NCBI RefSeq assembly: GCF_011386835.1
Contig: NC_088805.1
Location: forward strand, 24,180,001 to 24,244,000
Length of the DNA: 64,000 bases
Origin: Chrysemys picta bellii
Lineage: Eukaryota
Direction of reading: 5' to 3'
The notes under the pieces were generated by a model that was not told where the DNA came from, made no database searches, and saw nothing but the letters and a program-made list of their open reading frames with translations. A program made the translations under genes and the position numbers. The stretch's first letter is position 1; every line of letters begins with the position of its first letter. Positions 50,159-63,215 of the stretch are shown here, one piece after another.

Positions 50159-50996
50159 TGTGGTCGGGCGGCTGCCCCACGCCCGGAGAGGGTGGGCTGC
50201 GGCAGGCCTAGGCACCTGCGTAGACGCGCGGCCAATCAGAGAAGGGCTTACTGGGAGCCAATCAGAGGACAGATTGGGGCCAGCCAATCAGGGCCCGGCT
50301 CAGCCATATAAAAGGCTGCTCAGAGTGAGAGCAGTCAGTCTGTCCCAGGCCTTCAGAGGGGAAGGTCTGTCTCCAGAGCTGGGCGGCCAGCACCACGGAC
50401 AGCGCAGTGCAGGCCAGCTTTAGAGAATGGGAGAAGGCCCTACTCCATAGCCTGCCAGGCGGCAGGTCTGGTAGGAGGAGGCCTAGCACAGAGAAGGGCT
50501 GTTGGGGAAGTGGTCCAGAGGAGTAGTCAGAAGAGGAAGGAGAAGGAGGACAGCGAGACTGTTGCCAGAGGGCCTCTGGACCGGGACTCAGAGTAGTGAG
50601 CGGGCCTGAGGACCCCCCCCCCCTTTTTCCCCCTTTTTGTTCTATTGGGCCATACACACAGTCATAGGCCGCAGGGAGCGGCCAGTACAGACCACTCCAG
50701 ATCCCTGACGGGAGGGATTAGACTTTGGGGTGTATGGTTGACTACGGTGGCTGGACAAGGAGGCTGCTGATTGACACCCCCCCCCGGAAGGGGGTGTGAA
50801 TGGACAAAGAGACACTGTCAGAGGACAGTGTACCAGAAGAGTGCGCTGTGCGTTGGCAGCAACGCAAGTTTGCACACCAACCAAAGGCGAGATGACAGGC
50901 GGGACGCCACCTGAAGGGGGCGCTCTACTGGTCCGAACCAATTCCCCGAGCCGACCAGTAGGAGGCGCCGCAGGGGTGAGTCACGACCCTGTCACA
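50159..50996 (+). mobile_element. Solo LTR, 838 bp (Gypsy or ERV3-type 5-bp TSD)
   Basis: Termini TGTGGTCGGG…CCCTGTCACA; exact TSD CCATC (50154-58, 50997-51001); CCAAT x3 (50232-50288) and TATAAAA (~50307). Confidence 0.95.
50386..50406 (+). promoter_or_regulatory. RE1/NRSE (REST-binding) motif
   Basis: GCCAGCACCACGGACAGCGCA vs consensus TTCAGCACCACGGACAGCGCC: 18/21, with all core positions intact; motif match only. Confidence 0.75.
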
Positions 50997-50999
50997 CCA

Positions 51000-52439
51000 T
51001 CAAACCATCCCCTCCATAAACTTATCAAGCTTAATCTTAAAGCCAGAGAGGTCTTTCACCCCCACTATTTCCCTTGGAAGGCTGTTCCAAAACTTCACCC
51101 CTCTGATGGTTAGAAACCTTTGTCTAATTTCAAGCCTAAACTTCCCGATGGCCAGTTTATATCCATTCGTTCTCGTGTCCACATTAGTACTGAGCTGAAA
51201 TAATTCCTCTCCTTCCCTGGTATTTATCCCTCTGATATATTTAAAGAGAGCAATCATATCCCCCCTCAGCCTTCTTTTGGTTAAGGTAAACAAACCGAGC
51301 TCCTCGAGTCTCCTTTCATATGACAGATTTTCCATTTCTCGGATCATCCTAGTGGCCCTTCTCTGTACCCGTTCCAGTTTGATTTCATCCTTTTTAAACA
51401 TGGGAGACCAGAACTGCACACACTACTCCAAATGAAGTCTCACCAGTGCGTCGTATAACGGAACCAGCACCTCCTTATCCCTACTAGAAATACCTCGCCT
51501 AATGCATCCCAAGACCGCATTAGCTTTTTTCACGGCCACGTCACATTGCTGACTCATAGTCATCCTGCGATCAACCAGGACTCCGAGGTCCTTCTCCTCT
51601 TCCGTTACTTCCAACTGATGCGTCCCTAGCTTATAACTAAAATTCTTGTTATTTATCCCTAAATGCATAACCTTACACTTCTCACTATTAAATTTCATCC
51701 TATTACTATTACTCCAGTTTACAAGGTCATCCAAATCTCCCTGCAGGATATCCCGATCCTTCGCCGAATTGGCAACACCTCCCAACTTTGTGTCATCCGC
51801 AAACTTTATCAGCCCACTCCTACATTTGGTTCCGAGGTCAGTAATGAATAGATTAAATAAAATGGGACCCAAAACCGAACCTTGAGGAACTCCACTGGTA
51901 ACCTCCCTCCAACCTGACAGTTCACCTTTTAGTACGACCCGCTGCAGTCTCCCCTTTAACCAGTTCTTTATCCACCTCTGGATTTTCATATCGATCCCCA
52001 TCTTTTCCAATTTAACCAATAATTCCTCATGCGGTACCGTATCAAACGCTTTACTGAAATCAAGGTATATTAGATCCACCGCATTTCCTTTATCTAAATA
52101 ATCTGTTACTTTCTCAAAGAAGGAGATCAGGTTGGTTTGGCACGATCTACCTTTCATAAAACCGTGTTGTAATTTGTCCCAATTGGCATTGTCCTCAAGG
52201 TCCTTAATTACTTTCTCCTTCAAAATTTTTTCCAAAACCTTGCATATTACAGATGTTAAACTAACAGGCCTGTAGTTACCTGGGTCACTTTTTTTCCCCT
52301 TCTTGAAAATAGGAACTACATTAGCTATTCTCCAGTCAAAAGGTACCACCCCCGAGTTTACAGATTCATTAAAAATGATCGCTAACGGGCTTGCAATTTC
52401 TCGCGCCAGTTCCTTTAATATTCTCGGATGAAGATCATC
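51000..52439 (-). pseudogene. CR1 ORF2 reverse transcriptase fragment with one in-frame stop
   Basis: DLHPRILKELA…QHGFMKGRSCQTNL…YLDFSKAFDTVPH…[10 protein letters not shown]…[10 protein letters not shown]…HLE*CVQFW…FMEGMV*; single TAG at 51423-51425; no endonuclease (5'-truncated). Confidence 0.95.
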
Positions 52440-52443
52440 CTTC

Positions 52444-52574
52444 TCGGAGATTTTGAAGAGCAGGATAGACAAACACCTGTCAGGGATGGTCTAGATAATA
52501 CTTAGTCCTGCCATGAGTCCAGGGGAGTGGACTAGATGACCTCTTGAGGTCCCTTCCAGTCCTATGATTCTATG
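52444..52574 (+). mobile_element. Host CR1 (right part, 3' UTR and tail)
   Basis: tcggagattttgaagagcagg…gaggtcccttccagtcctatgattctatg; joins colinearly to 49727. Confidence 0.9.
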
Positions 52575-54306
52575 TTGGACTCTATACCAACTATTAAAAC
52601 AGGTCATTTTGTTGCTTATAACTGTGTATAACATCTTCTGTTCATGTGCTTATTTGCATACTAGTTATGTCTGTAACATGCTTATGACATGCTTTATTAA
52701 GCCTTTATAAATGGAATCTTAATATAAAGCATGACAGTGTTGTGTGTGGTTTCAGATTTTGTTGCAAACCCATCAGACAGCTCCACTACAGTTACCTTTT
52801 GCCACTCAGCACAGCTTTGTTTTTCCTTTGGTCCAGTAATACTGAGGAAAGTAATTAATTACCAGTGGAGCTAATAGAGAATGCAAGTATTTCATTACTC
52901 GGGATAAATTATCATGGTAGTAAATACCAGGTGTAATGTATTCTGACATTCATGTAAATTATGGGTATGCTACAATTAGGTTTTTTCTTTGGGGTTACTT
53001 CTTAGAGTACTTCATAGTTTGATAGAGTGAGTCACAGAAAAGGAATTGGGTGATCTCTTGGGGTTCTTTTCAATGATGTAAGATTTGATCCAATACTGAA
53101 AGACACAAATAATGACGACGTATATTGGAAACTTAGAATCCTTATCAAAAGTCATTGGCCGTGGTTCATCAAAAGTATGCCATGAAAGTTTTCTTACAAC
53201 AGCCAAGTTTAATTATCAGACATATGTACCCTTAATTAAATGTCAGTGCCAGCAAACTTTACATATCTATTTGTACAACTAATCAGTGTGTAGGTCATTC
53301 CCCAAGGAAGCTACTTCAAGTTCAGTAAATGTCTGTTGTGTGAACAGGAAGTTGCAGGGTGTTTTTAGTTATCCCATTAAGATATTTAACATAAATAGGC
53401 TGTGGATTGAGCATTGTATGAAAACAGATAATTTATTCCTTTTGTTATTAGAGCAATGGCTTACAGAAAAGAGAAAAGCTTCAGTTGTGCCTGATTTTTC
53501 TCTTTATTGGTGGGGAAAATTTGTTTTGGCTTCTTTCATCCTTTTTCTCCTGATATTTGTAGGGATAAACTGCATATTAGTTGGGAATGAGGAGTACTAA
53601 CTTATGGCTCAACATTCTACAGTCTTGCTGAGAATAACGATTTTTCATGACATCATTAACAAAAATGACTCTGAACGGGAAAGTTAAAAAGGCAGCAAAG
53701 AAAACGACTGACTCGCCTCCTCTTTCCATCTTTTGTTGCAGCCTTTGTTGCCTCAAGGCATTTATGCAGCAGTACAGTGTCTTCAGCACTTCAAGGACAA
53801 ATCTCAGCACTGAACTTCTGTTGTCATTTTCGTTTGTTCTGAATGTCTTTATTATACTGAACGCAAGAGCTGGCATTTGTTTCTTTTTAACAGCATCTTT
53901 GGTTTAGGCATTAAACTGCATCAAAACAAACCTCTGCTCTAGTTAAAACAAAGTATTTTTTTACCTCTAAACTCTTTCGTTCCTCCCTGCCCCCAATACC
54001 ATGAAGAAGTTATGGCAACAAACTTTGGAAAATGTAAGAAGGCAATGTGAACATTTTATTGAGCTTTTCAATGAGTTGTTGGCAAGCTTGTTTGGATAAT
54101 GTCAACCTTCACCCCAAAAACAGAATCAAGTTTTTTTTGGAGATTCAGAAAATTTTCTAGAATTATTTTTAACATCCATCCTGCCCCCAGCACTCATTGG
54201 ACTTCAATCCAATGGAATGGAAACACAAATATCTGAATAATGCATCCCATAGGGCATCTTGGAACAAGAATTATACTGGAAGTTGTATATGAAATCTTGT
54301 GACAGT

Positions 54307-54466
54307 GTTTGCCAGAAGCTGGGAATGAGCAACAAGGAATGGATCATTTGATGATTACCTGTTCTGTTCATTTCCTCTGAAGCACCTGGCATTGGCCACT
54401 GTTGGAAGACAGGATACTGGGCTAGATGGACCTTTGGTTTGACCCAGTATGGCTGTTCTTATGTTC
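54307..54466 (+). mobile_element. CR1 3' UTR fragment
   Basis: Near-identical to the reverse complement of 101-260. Confidence 0.88.
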
Positions 54467-54617
54467 ACTTTCAGCCCACTTTTTCTGACTTCACGGGTGA
54501 GATCTATAACAGGTATAAATCAAACAGCTTCATTGATTTCAATGGAGTGATGCTGGGATAGCAGCTGAGAATCTGGCCCAAGAGTTTCAGTGTGGTCTAT
54601 CTATCTTAGACACTTCT

Positions 54618-54990
54618 TAGAGCTATTCCATGGGAAATTCTGATATTTGGACATCTCCTTTCATCCTGAATTGGAACAAAAAGTCAATTTCTAAATTTCT
54701 TGCAAAACAAAATTGTTTCAGAAATATTGAAGTGACCTTATTGAAACATTTCATTTTGATAAGTTTGAAGTGCTCTCTAGCTATATAATATAATATCAGA
54801 TAATATAATATAATATAAAAGTCAAAACGATAATGTAAAAATGAAGATCTTTGTCCATATCAAAACTAAGCTCTTCAATAATTTTTTGTCAACAATTTTG
54901 ACACAATTGATATATTCCTGGGAAACCTTTTAATTATGTTGCATCAACACTTTCTGATATAAAACGGTTCCATGGGGAAATGTTCTACAT
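54618..54990. mobile_element. AT-rich MITE-like element (hAT-like TAGAGCT end)
   Basis: Left end tagagctattccatggg; resembles 57422-57801 and 62717-63128. Confidence 0.45.
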
Positions 54991-55009
54991 GTATACTACA
55001 TGTATACCC

Positions 55010-55225
55010 CATCCCCCCATCACAGTCACATCTGAGCACTTTATAATCTTATGTATTCTCATAGCATTCCTGTGAGGCAGGACAGTGCTATTATCCCTGT
55101 TTTACAGATGCGGAATTGAGGCACAGAGAGACGAAGCGATTTGCCCAATGGCACACAGAAAGGTGTGGCGAAGCAGGGAATTGAAACCACATCCCAGGCT
55201 AACACCCTTTCCCCTGGACTATCCT
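55010..55225 (-). mobile_element. MIR-like CORE-SINE
   Basis: ttatccctgttttacagatgcggaattgaggcacagagag…atttgcccaatggcacacag…gggaattgaaacc. Confidence 0.85.
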
Positions 55226-56929
55226 TCCTTTCTGTATTAGATATGAGCCAGCAACATAACCCTGGATCTTGACCTCCCCCCCACCAAACTGGAAGGTATT
55301 TCAGACTGGGATCAAGATTTCTATCCATAAGAGCAAACCATTATTATTATTGGGACACACCATGAGAAGCTACTTGGAGTTGCACATGCTCAGGCTGGCA
55401 TTTGGTTTATTATTTAGTCGTCATTTTGGTTTTTCCATGTTTCTGGCTTAACCAGATACACTATTTTCACTTCTTCCTGTCACAAGACAGTTGGCCCCTT
55501 CACGAGACAGGTGATCATGGAAGACAGCTGTTTGGAAATCATAGTGCTAGGTGTTAGGCACATTTCTGTGACTAGTTCAGGTAATGAATTCAGAGTGAGT
55601 TTTCCCCCAGGTGGATGCGATTTCCTCACATTACAAAAAGGACAAAATACTTTCAAGGGAATTTTTGTAATAGAAGCTCAGAAGGAATCCAACACTCTGC
55701 CATAAAAGATTAGTTTTGTTTACATTCTTCCAGTTCTTTAATTTTTGTAGAATTTCCCTCAGCAAGAGTATCTCATGGGTCAAGGAAAAAGGAAGACTTT
55801 GTAGGGCTCAAGAGGCTACCAAAGGATTTACAGATTTATTAACTGCTCTTAAAACGTGGTATTAATGACACATGTATTTGGGGTATAGATATTTATTCAA
55901 AAATTGCTTTTTGGTTTCAGAAGCAATAGAAACAAGGAATGGTAATTTTTGGAATTTTCTCTTTCTTTGGTGAATACATTTTACATATCAAAGTGATGCG
56001 CAGATAAAGTCGGCCGATTTGCAGTTTTGGACATTGTTAATGAAAGCTGTCAATTAGAGCCTTATTATAACACAGACCCCGCCCCTTAAGCTTTTCTGTT
56101 AATACAAACTACACCATGATTTAAGGCTCTTGATCACTAGTCATCATAGGTCCTGTCACACACCACTAATCTCCACGGCCTGAAAGATGTTGGGAATACC
56201 AAGTGTCTGTACATCAGAGTAATTTTAAGTTTCTCTCTCCTAATGAATGGAAATTGATTCAATCTCTTCTGGGATTTTCTCTAAGAGTAGATGTTAAAGC
56301 AGAACTTTAACACATATACAAAATGCACACTCCTGGAGCAAGTATAACTTTAATTAATATTCCTAACATTTCCCTTTCCTCCCTAAAATGAACTTGTTAG
56401 CTGGTAAATTATACAAGAGTCTGGTGTGTGTTAGTTTTTAAAATGTTTTCTTTGCTATCAGGTATTATAGGAAACCCAACGTGATGCAGTCACTTCATAC
56501 AGCTTCTTCTGGCCAGCAAGGGTCAAGTTGAGAATTTTAATTCTAAAAGTAGTAAATTTCATGGTGGTTGTAAATATTGGACCAGAAAAGAAGATGCTTA
56601 TTGGAATGGTTGACCAAAGTCCTCTGTTACAAGTCAGAGAACACCTTAAACACTATTGATAAACTTAGACAAGAATTATATCTATGTTGGAGAAAGAACT
56701 TACAAGGCCTTCCTGTAGAAGCAGAAAGGAAAGAAAATGATTAAAGAAGTAGATCAAGAAGGAAAAAAATATTTTAACACTGCAGCTCAGATACTCAAAG
56801 GTATCTAATGGACTGTTGCCACATACGTCTATAGAACTCTTTTCAAACAAGGATCTAAGAGTACTTCAAACATTCATTAATTGAAGATTCACAACACTTC
56901 TGTGAGGTAGTTGTTGTTCTTCCTACTTT

Positions 56930-57298
56930 TAGATCTCAGTGGGAAATAGGTTTCCTGTCCCACAAAAATTGAGACTTCAAAAATATTTCCTGTTCAACAT
57001 TGGGACAAAACTGACACTTTTTGAAAATTTCATGAAAAAACATGAGAGAAAGAGACATTAACCCCAGAATACCTAATTCAGAGCAGGGGCTTGACTCTAG
57101 GTCTCCCACATCCCAGATGAGTGCCCTAGCCATTGGTTATTCTGGGGTGAGTTTTTCTGTCTGTCTCTCTCTCAATTATTTTGAAAGGTCTCGCTTTCAT
57201 TCTGCATTGGAATGAAAACAATTTTTGTTTAAAAAAAAAAAAAACAATTAAACCTCAGTTTTTCACAAAACAGAAATCTTGTTTTCTGACCAACCATA
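56930..57298. mobile_element. AT-rich MITE-like element with a central tRNA-SINE head
   Basis: Imperfect inverted arms flank 57075-57140, whose reverse complement reads tggctagggcactcatctgggatgtgggagacctagagtcaagcccc (A/B-box-like). Confidence 0.5.
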
Positions 57299-57421
57299 AT
57301 TTAGAGATTTAGCCTAAGGCAAGACAAGAGTGGTACTTATCTAAATGACTGACCGACAACTAATTCAAAATGATCTAATCCATATTGATCACATATAGAA
57401 GCATTGGTACAGGGTTATTCC

Positions 57422-57801
57422 TGGAGCTGGGTAGGAAATGGTTTTCCTGTCCTGGGTGAATTTTCAAGATTTTGAAAGTTTTCTTTTCCCACATTAGGAC
57501 AAAATATTAAAATCTCAAACTTTCATGAATCGAAAAAAAATTGGATTGGACCAGTTGAAATATGCCGACTTTGACCTTTTTTATCCTTAACTAAAAGTTC
57601 TAAACAAAAAGTAGTTTCCACCTGAAAAACCAGAACTTTCGTGTTTTGAAAATGCCACAGTGGGACTTGTTGACAATTTTCAAGTTTATTTTCGAAAAAG
57701 CTTTGAAACAGGAAATTTGTCAAAACCCAACATTTTAGTTTCAGCAAATTGCCGTTTTCTGCTGATAAAAGGTTTTGTGGGAAAATTCCCTACGAGCTCT
57801 A
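57422..57801. mobile_element. hAT-type MITE
   Basis: Termini TGGAGCTGGGTAGG / CCTACGAGCTCTA; TSD GTTATTCC/GTTATAAC (6/8). Confidence 0.7.
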
Positions 57802-59630
57802 GTTATAACTGTGTGGCATGCTGGCAGGAAAACAGTCTGCCAATGGCAGTGCCGGCAAGGCAAGACTAGGGAACAGGGAAAACTAGTTTTCTTTTACCAG
57901 ATCAACAATATCAATGACTACTAAACCTCAGCTAGCGAACTATCCTCTACTAATGTGTATCTGGCTATACTGATATTTCTGCCTGCAATCAACTGCAGAT
58001 GTAAGAGAAAGTTGGCACAATTTTATGATGTAAACAATGCCTGCAAAAAGAGAAGCTGGGCCTTTGAAAGTGGAGCCCCTAATGTATATGCACTGGACAA
58101 AGCTTCTTTCCCAGTCTTCTTAACAGCTGGGTCAGTATTTGCTCAGAGAGAAGTTGTCTTTCTGCTGAATCATCAATCCAACTCCTTGCCATATGAAGTT
58201 TTTGGTATTTCTTGCAGGCCTCCTATCCAAATTCTAACCCTGCTTTACTTGTGCAAATTAGATTTAATTGGGCCATAGCATAAGGATATTTGGCTGGAAG
58301 TCCTAAAGAAACTGTCTGGGAAACAATCTTGTGACGTCTATGGCCTTTTTATATGCATCCATCCACTGCATTCAGCTGGCTGACCAGATCAAAGCTATCA
58401 GCAGACTAAGGATTAATATTATATATACAATTTTTTAGACAACTACGCTTCAAACCAAGGGGTTTGTGACTAGGTTTTATAACAAGTCTGGGCCTCTGAG
58501 ATTTATTTGAGGAGAGGGGGATTGGCTTACATTTTTGTTTTTTATTAAGTGTTTTTTAACTCTTCAGACATTTATAATTTATGCTTCTGCAATTCCAACG
58601 TCTAGCACCAAATGATAACAAAAATTAACCAGCAGCCCCCTCTTCCCCCCCCTATATATAGTAATCTATAAAAATCAAGAAATGTCAATTCCAATGAAAA
58701 ATGTACTTGCAATATGACAAGGGCTGCTGGCTTATGTTAATTCACCAGATCAGGCCATTAAAGTCTCTGCCCCTCAGTTTGATATAGTTACTTCACTATG
58801 AGACAATATAATTTCTGTGCTCTGAACACATTAGAATTTAATTAGTACTGGCACAGAATAGTACCACCTTGAGTAAAAGAGAGACTAAATTGCTTCATTT
58901 CTGGCATGGAAAATCAATGCACCTTCTATTCAAACTTGATTTTCATTTAATTATGCTTCTAAATGGATTTACAGGAGTCTATTTAGGATTATAATATAGC
59001 TAGCACATTAAAAATTAAAATACCGCCAAGACTGGATCATTTATCCAGGTATCAAAGAAACTTTGTCTCATCGTGATTATGGGATCTGTTCTTCCATTAG
59101 GTTCATATACTTCTCACTCCTTTCAATGGAAGTGATGCTTATGCATTGGCACTGGACTATACCACTGAAGTCTCCAGCTGCAGAAAGATTACTTTTTATC
59201 TTCTCCCTGTTTCTCAGAAAAGGTCAGAATAAATTGAGCCTGATTTTGTATTATTCAGATTCCTGTATAGGGGCGGTGGATGCAGGGTAACACAGAGGAC
59301 TCTACACTATCTTTGGCCATTCAGTGGACTCTCCTCCACCAGTATTAGAGTAGCCTCAGGGCTCCTCTAACTTTTTATGGTCTTGTATACATAGATGCTA
59401 ATGGGCCCTGGGAATTGGGGAGGAGTCATTGTACAATGCGTTCTCTCCATACCCCCTCCCAGCTCTGGTCATAGCACTCACTTGAGCAGAGCCAATCATC
59501 CTGCACTCTGGGGTTTATCGAATGACGGGAAGGATAAAATCATTGTTTTCACTGTGAAGAAATCTAGGATTTAAATGGACGTTTTTGTGATTTGAATTCT
59601 TTGGCTCACAGAGGTGAAGGCTAATGACAC

Positions 59631-60753
59631 TGTGATGAACTGCACCTCTGTATTTACACACGGCTGTTTTAATCTTTGTACAAAATATGCTTTGTGAGGA
59701 ATCATTAGAAAACTAATAGCTTGCAGGTCAATACTATCATGATGAAATGTATATCGCAGCATTATATAAGCTGAAATCATGACTGAAGTAGGCTTACCAG
59801 ACAAATCTGGGGAGAGGATAAACCTGTTTCTCAAAGACAAAGGACAAGCTGCTGCCTCTAGTCAAGTGTCATCAAAGCCGATGGGCAATCACCTCTCAAG
59901 TGGCCATTTTTTGGCAAGGCAGGACCAAACAGATCTGCTTTCTTAGCAACCAACAGCAAGGATCCCTTTTAAACACCAGGCTCCTTGAGTCAACTTCACA
60001 CCAGGAACGAACTTTACCTAGGGGTAACCCTCCAGAAAATACATTTCAAAGAGTGACTGAACTATGAAAGTGAGGGGCAAAACACCCCAAGTTCTCTCCC
60101 TGTCCATCTCTCTCCTTTTCACCTATGAAGACAAACAACCTATTGACTTTAGGAGAGATCCCAACCTGAAATTTGGTCAGCCCTGTTACTGGGAGCATAT
60201 GGTAAGAATTTATCTTCAACCAAGTCTAGCTTGGAAAGTTTTAGTCCTAGGCAGCATGTTATCTTTATTTCTCTTGTAATCGTTTCAGACTTTAATGCCT
60301 TATACTTGTGCTCACTTAAAATCTCTCTCTTTGTAGTTAAATAAACTTGTTTTATTCTTTAATTAAAAGCTAATCCAATATTGTCTTTAAATGGAACCGT
60401 GTGAGTAACTCCATTTATGGTAGCAAACTGTTGTATATTGATCCCTTTAGAGGGACAATGGGCCTAATTTATCTGTACTGTCCAGAACACATGTTTTGGG
60501 GGGAAATCTGGGAGTGTGTTGGGGTCACCCTGCAACTGGTAACCAAGGCTGGTGGAAGCCAGTGTGTGACTGATGAGTGGCTGGCAGGCTGCAGCTATAC
60601 AGAGACACTCAGGGTGTGATCTACATGCTGGAAGGCTGTTTGTAAGTGGCCCCAGTGGGAGCTACAGAAGCAAAGCATTGTGAGGCACACATGTTTGCAG
60701 GGCAGGGGTGACATAGTCCCTCACTGGTCTGGATTGCACCCCAGAATGCCATA
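59631..60753 (+). mobile_element. Solo LTR, ~1.1 kb
   Basis: Starts TGTGATG and ends …cagaatgccata; 3' part matches 20186-20461; AATAAA at ~60341; TSD degenerate (GACAC/GAGCC). Confidence 0.7.
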
Positions 60754-62221
60754 GAGCCTAACTAACCCACCATCCCAGCTTGTCCATTAGATGTACATGA
60801 CCCAACTCTGTTCTCATTGATAGCTGCCTAAGTCCCAGTAGGAGTTGCAGACATATAACTGAGAGCAAATTGTGCCCCGTGCTTCTGCTACTTTAATCTC
60901 AATTATATCCACCCTCAGATCGTGTTTGAAGCTCATGTAACAATGACACTAGCTCTGTTCCATACCCCTTATACAGTTGGTGTCACTTTAAAGCTCTCCT
61001 GGTCTACAAGGGAGACTGTCTCCCCTCCCCGGCTTCCCAACATCCTCACTCCAAAAGAGCCAAACAGAATACAACTCACAGGGCCAGAAATTCTCCACAG
61101 GGCAAACGGTCTTGTAAATGTCTCATTTACAACCTACTGGTTGTTTTGTATTTTCTGAACTATTTCACATCAGCCGCATTCATTTCTGATTTCGCTACTT
61201 TCACCTGCAGTTGAAGGACATTCCGCTGCTATATATTTTAATTAAGTCTCACTGGAACGCAGTTGTTTTTCAGTCTTCGGGTGTCAAACTGAGTTTTATT
61301 CCTACCCATGAGCAAACTTATAGCATTGGGGCTAATCAAATAAGAAATAAAAACTTATTTAATACCCAAATACATATTTTCCAGGATAGTCTTCTAATTC
61401 CTAATGTGCTTATAATGCTGTTTCCCATTATATTTCATTTCCCCCCTGCTGCTGCAATTTATTTTTCAAAGCAACAGTGTAACAAAAGAACAAAGGAAAA
61501 CATATACGGAAAAGCAATCTTTTAATAAATTTGGTACTGCACAAAAAAAACTCCATTAATCTGGCTTAAACATATATTGTTATAAATGCCTGCAGAAAAC
61601 CCAGGGGCCTGTTATTCGGTTATTGAAAATTTTCAAGTCTTAAGATGCCATATTTTTTTCCATTTGGCAGTCAATCAGCAGAGAAGCAAAACTCAAGGAA
61701 AAAAACCACGTATACCATAATCTCATTTTCATGGAGCACAATATGTAATGACAACTATTGCTGATCATGCCAATTGCCTCATTAAAAGGAAAAAGTAAAC
61801 GTTTAAAACTTTTGGACTGCTTCATGTTAAGGTTCCCTTTTAATTTTCCTATCTGAAATCCATGGATCAATGAATGGATACCTGATATATGAAAGTGACG
61901 GTTTATAATTGCTTGGGTAAAAGACAGAAAACGTGGACAGACTATTAAGGGCCAGTTTCTGATATATTTACTCATGTAGATCTTACTCCCAAATGAGTCC
62001 ATTATACTTCATTTGATCTATTTGTGGAATAATATGCCTCTAACTTGTACAGGGTATTGGAACCTGTCTCTAAAGTAGATACAAACCCAATTGCTTTCTG
62101 TATTTCCAGTATGAATAATTGTGTACAATTAAAGTAAATAAATGGACAGTTGAACAGATGACTGGTGTAGGCTGTTGAGTTTCCAACACTTCAAATTCAT
62201 TAATTGATCCATAGATTTTTT

Positions 62222-62300
62222 TTTTTTAAGAGCAGAAGGGATGACTGTGATCAGCTAGTCTGACCTCCTGTATAACACAGGTCATAGAATTCTACTAGGT
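62222..62300 (-). mobile_element. CR1 3' end fragment
   Basis: ttttaagagcagaagggatgactgtgatcagctagtctgacctcctgtataacacagg. Confidence 0.7.
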
Positions 62301-62716
62301 AATTCTTACATGAAATGGTATGTAAGTAAGAATAGGTTACAAAAATTGCTGGTGAGAAAGATAGAATTAGTAGTTCTGCAAAATGAAGGGATATAACCCA
62401 CCTGTAAAAGCTCTTTTTTGGCTGTACAATATTATTTTCTATGATTTGGTTGCAAAGATCATTATTGTCCCAAACAGACTCCTAGTTTTCTGAAGCTTCA
62501 ACATAAACTCCCTTGTATATCTCTCCTGGTAACAAGTTGCTTCATTGTGTACTCACCTTGTACAGGGAAAAGCATATTACAGGATGGAATTTTTTGTTTT
62601 GTTTTGTTTTTCCTTTAAAAAAAATCCAAACTGAGGAAATTCCATTTAAAAAAATTATAAATTCATCAAGGTTGCAAAGTGAAACAATGCTCCCTGGGCA
62701 TAGAAATTATGATTAT

Positions 62717-63128
62717 TAGAACTGATCAGAAATTTTCCAAAGGAATGTTTTTCCATTGGAAATATTGATATGTTGAAAGTGAAATTGTGTCAATTTCAAA
62801 GAAATTTTGTTTTGGGGAGAAAAATGAAGATGACGTGTTTTAATAAGGTCAAAATGTTTGATTTCAATTTTTAACATTTTATTAACAGAATGTTTTGATT
62901 TCTCTAGTCACTGAGAGTTTTATTTCATATTGATTTTTTTTAATTAAACTGTTCAGTTAGGAATGGAAACATTTTGATTTCTTTGAAACAAAACATTTTG
63001 GTTGTCCAAAACTTTTAGAATTTTATCCTCTGGGAAGTTTCAACATTTTTTAAATTCAATTTTGGAAGGAACAAAATTGAACTCACAGAATTTCCCATGG
63101 AATAGAAGATAAATTGTGACCTTCTCTT
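62717..63128. mobile_element. AT-rich MITE-like element
   Basis: Termini tagaactgatcagaaatttt / aaattgtgaccttctc resemble the 47531 and 57422 families. Confidence 0.45.
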
Positions 63129-63215
63129 TATTTTCATGATCAATTACTCCTTTTTTCTGCAGGATCCATGGCTCTTTCAGGCTCTAATTCAGCAAATTAC
63201 TTAAGTGTAGGTGCT

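Larger units (their letters stand above)
49726..52439 (-). mobile_element. Young 5'-truncated CR1 inserted antisense into the host CR1 and interrupted by an LTR
   Basis: Tail catagactcatagac at 49726; 3' UTR to 50158; ORF2 from 51000 to 52439. Confidence 0.96.

Noticed and set aside
51423-52472. 349-aa RT ORF as a possibly expressed gene
   Set aside because: The listed start is a TTG in the antisense of the host CR1 3' UTR; the element is 5'-truncated, lacks the endonuclease and has a stop at 51423-51425
57955-58278. 107-aa plus-strand ORF
   Set aside because: No domain motif, no supporting splice pair, and a non-ATG start
61211-61525. 104-aa ORF after a good plus-strand acceptor at 61210
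   Set aside because: AT-rich codons, no donor and no recognisable protein; consistent with chance
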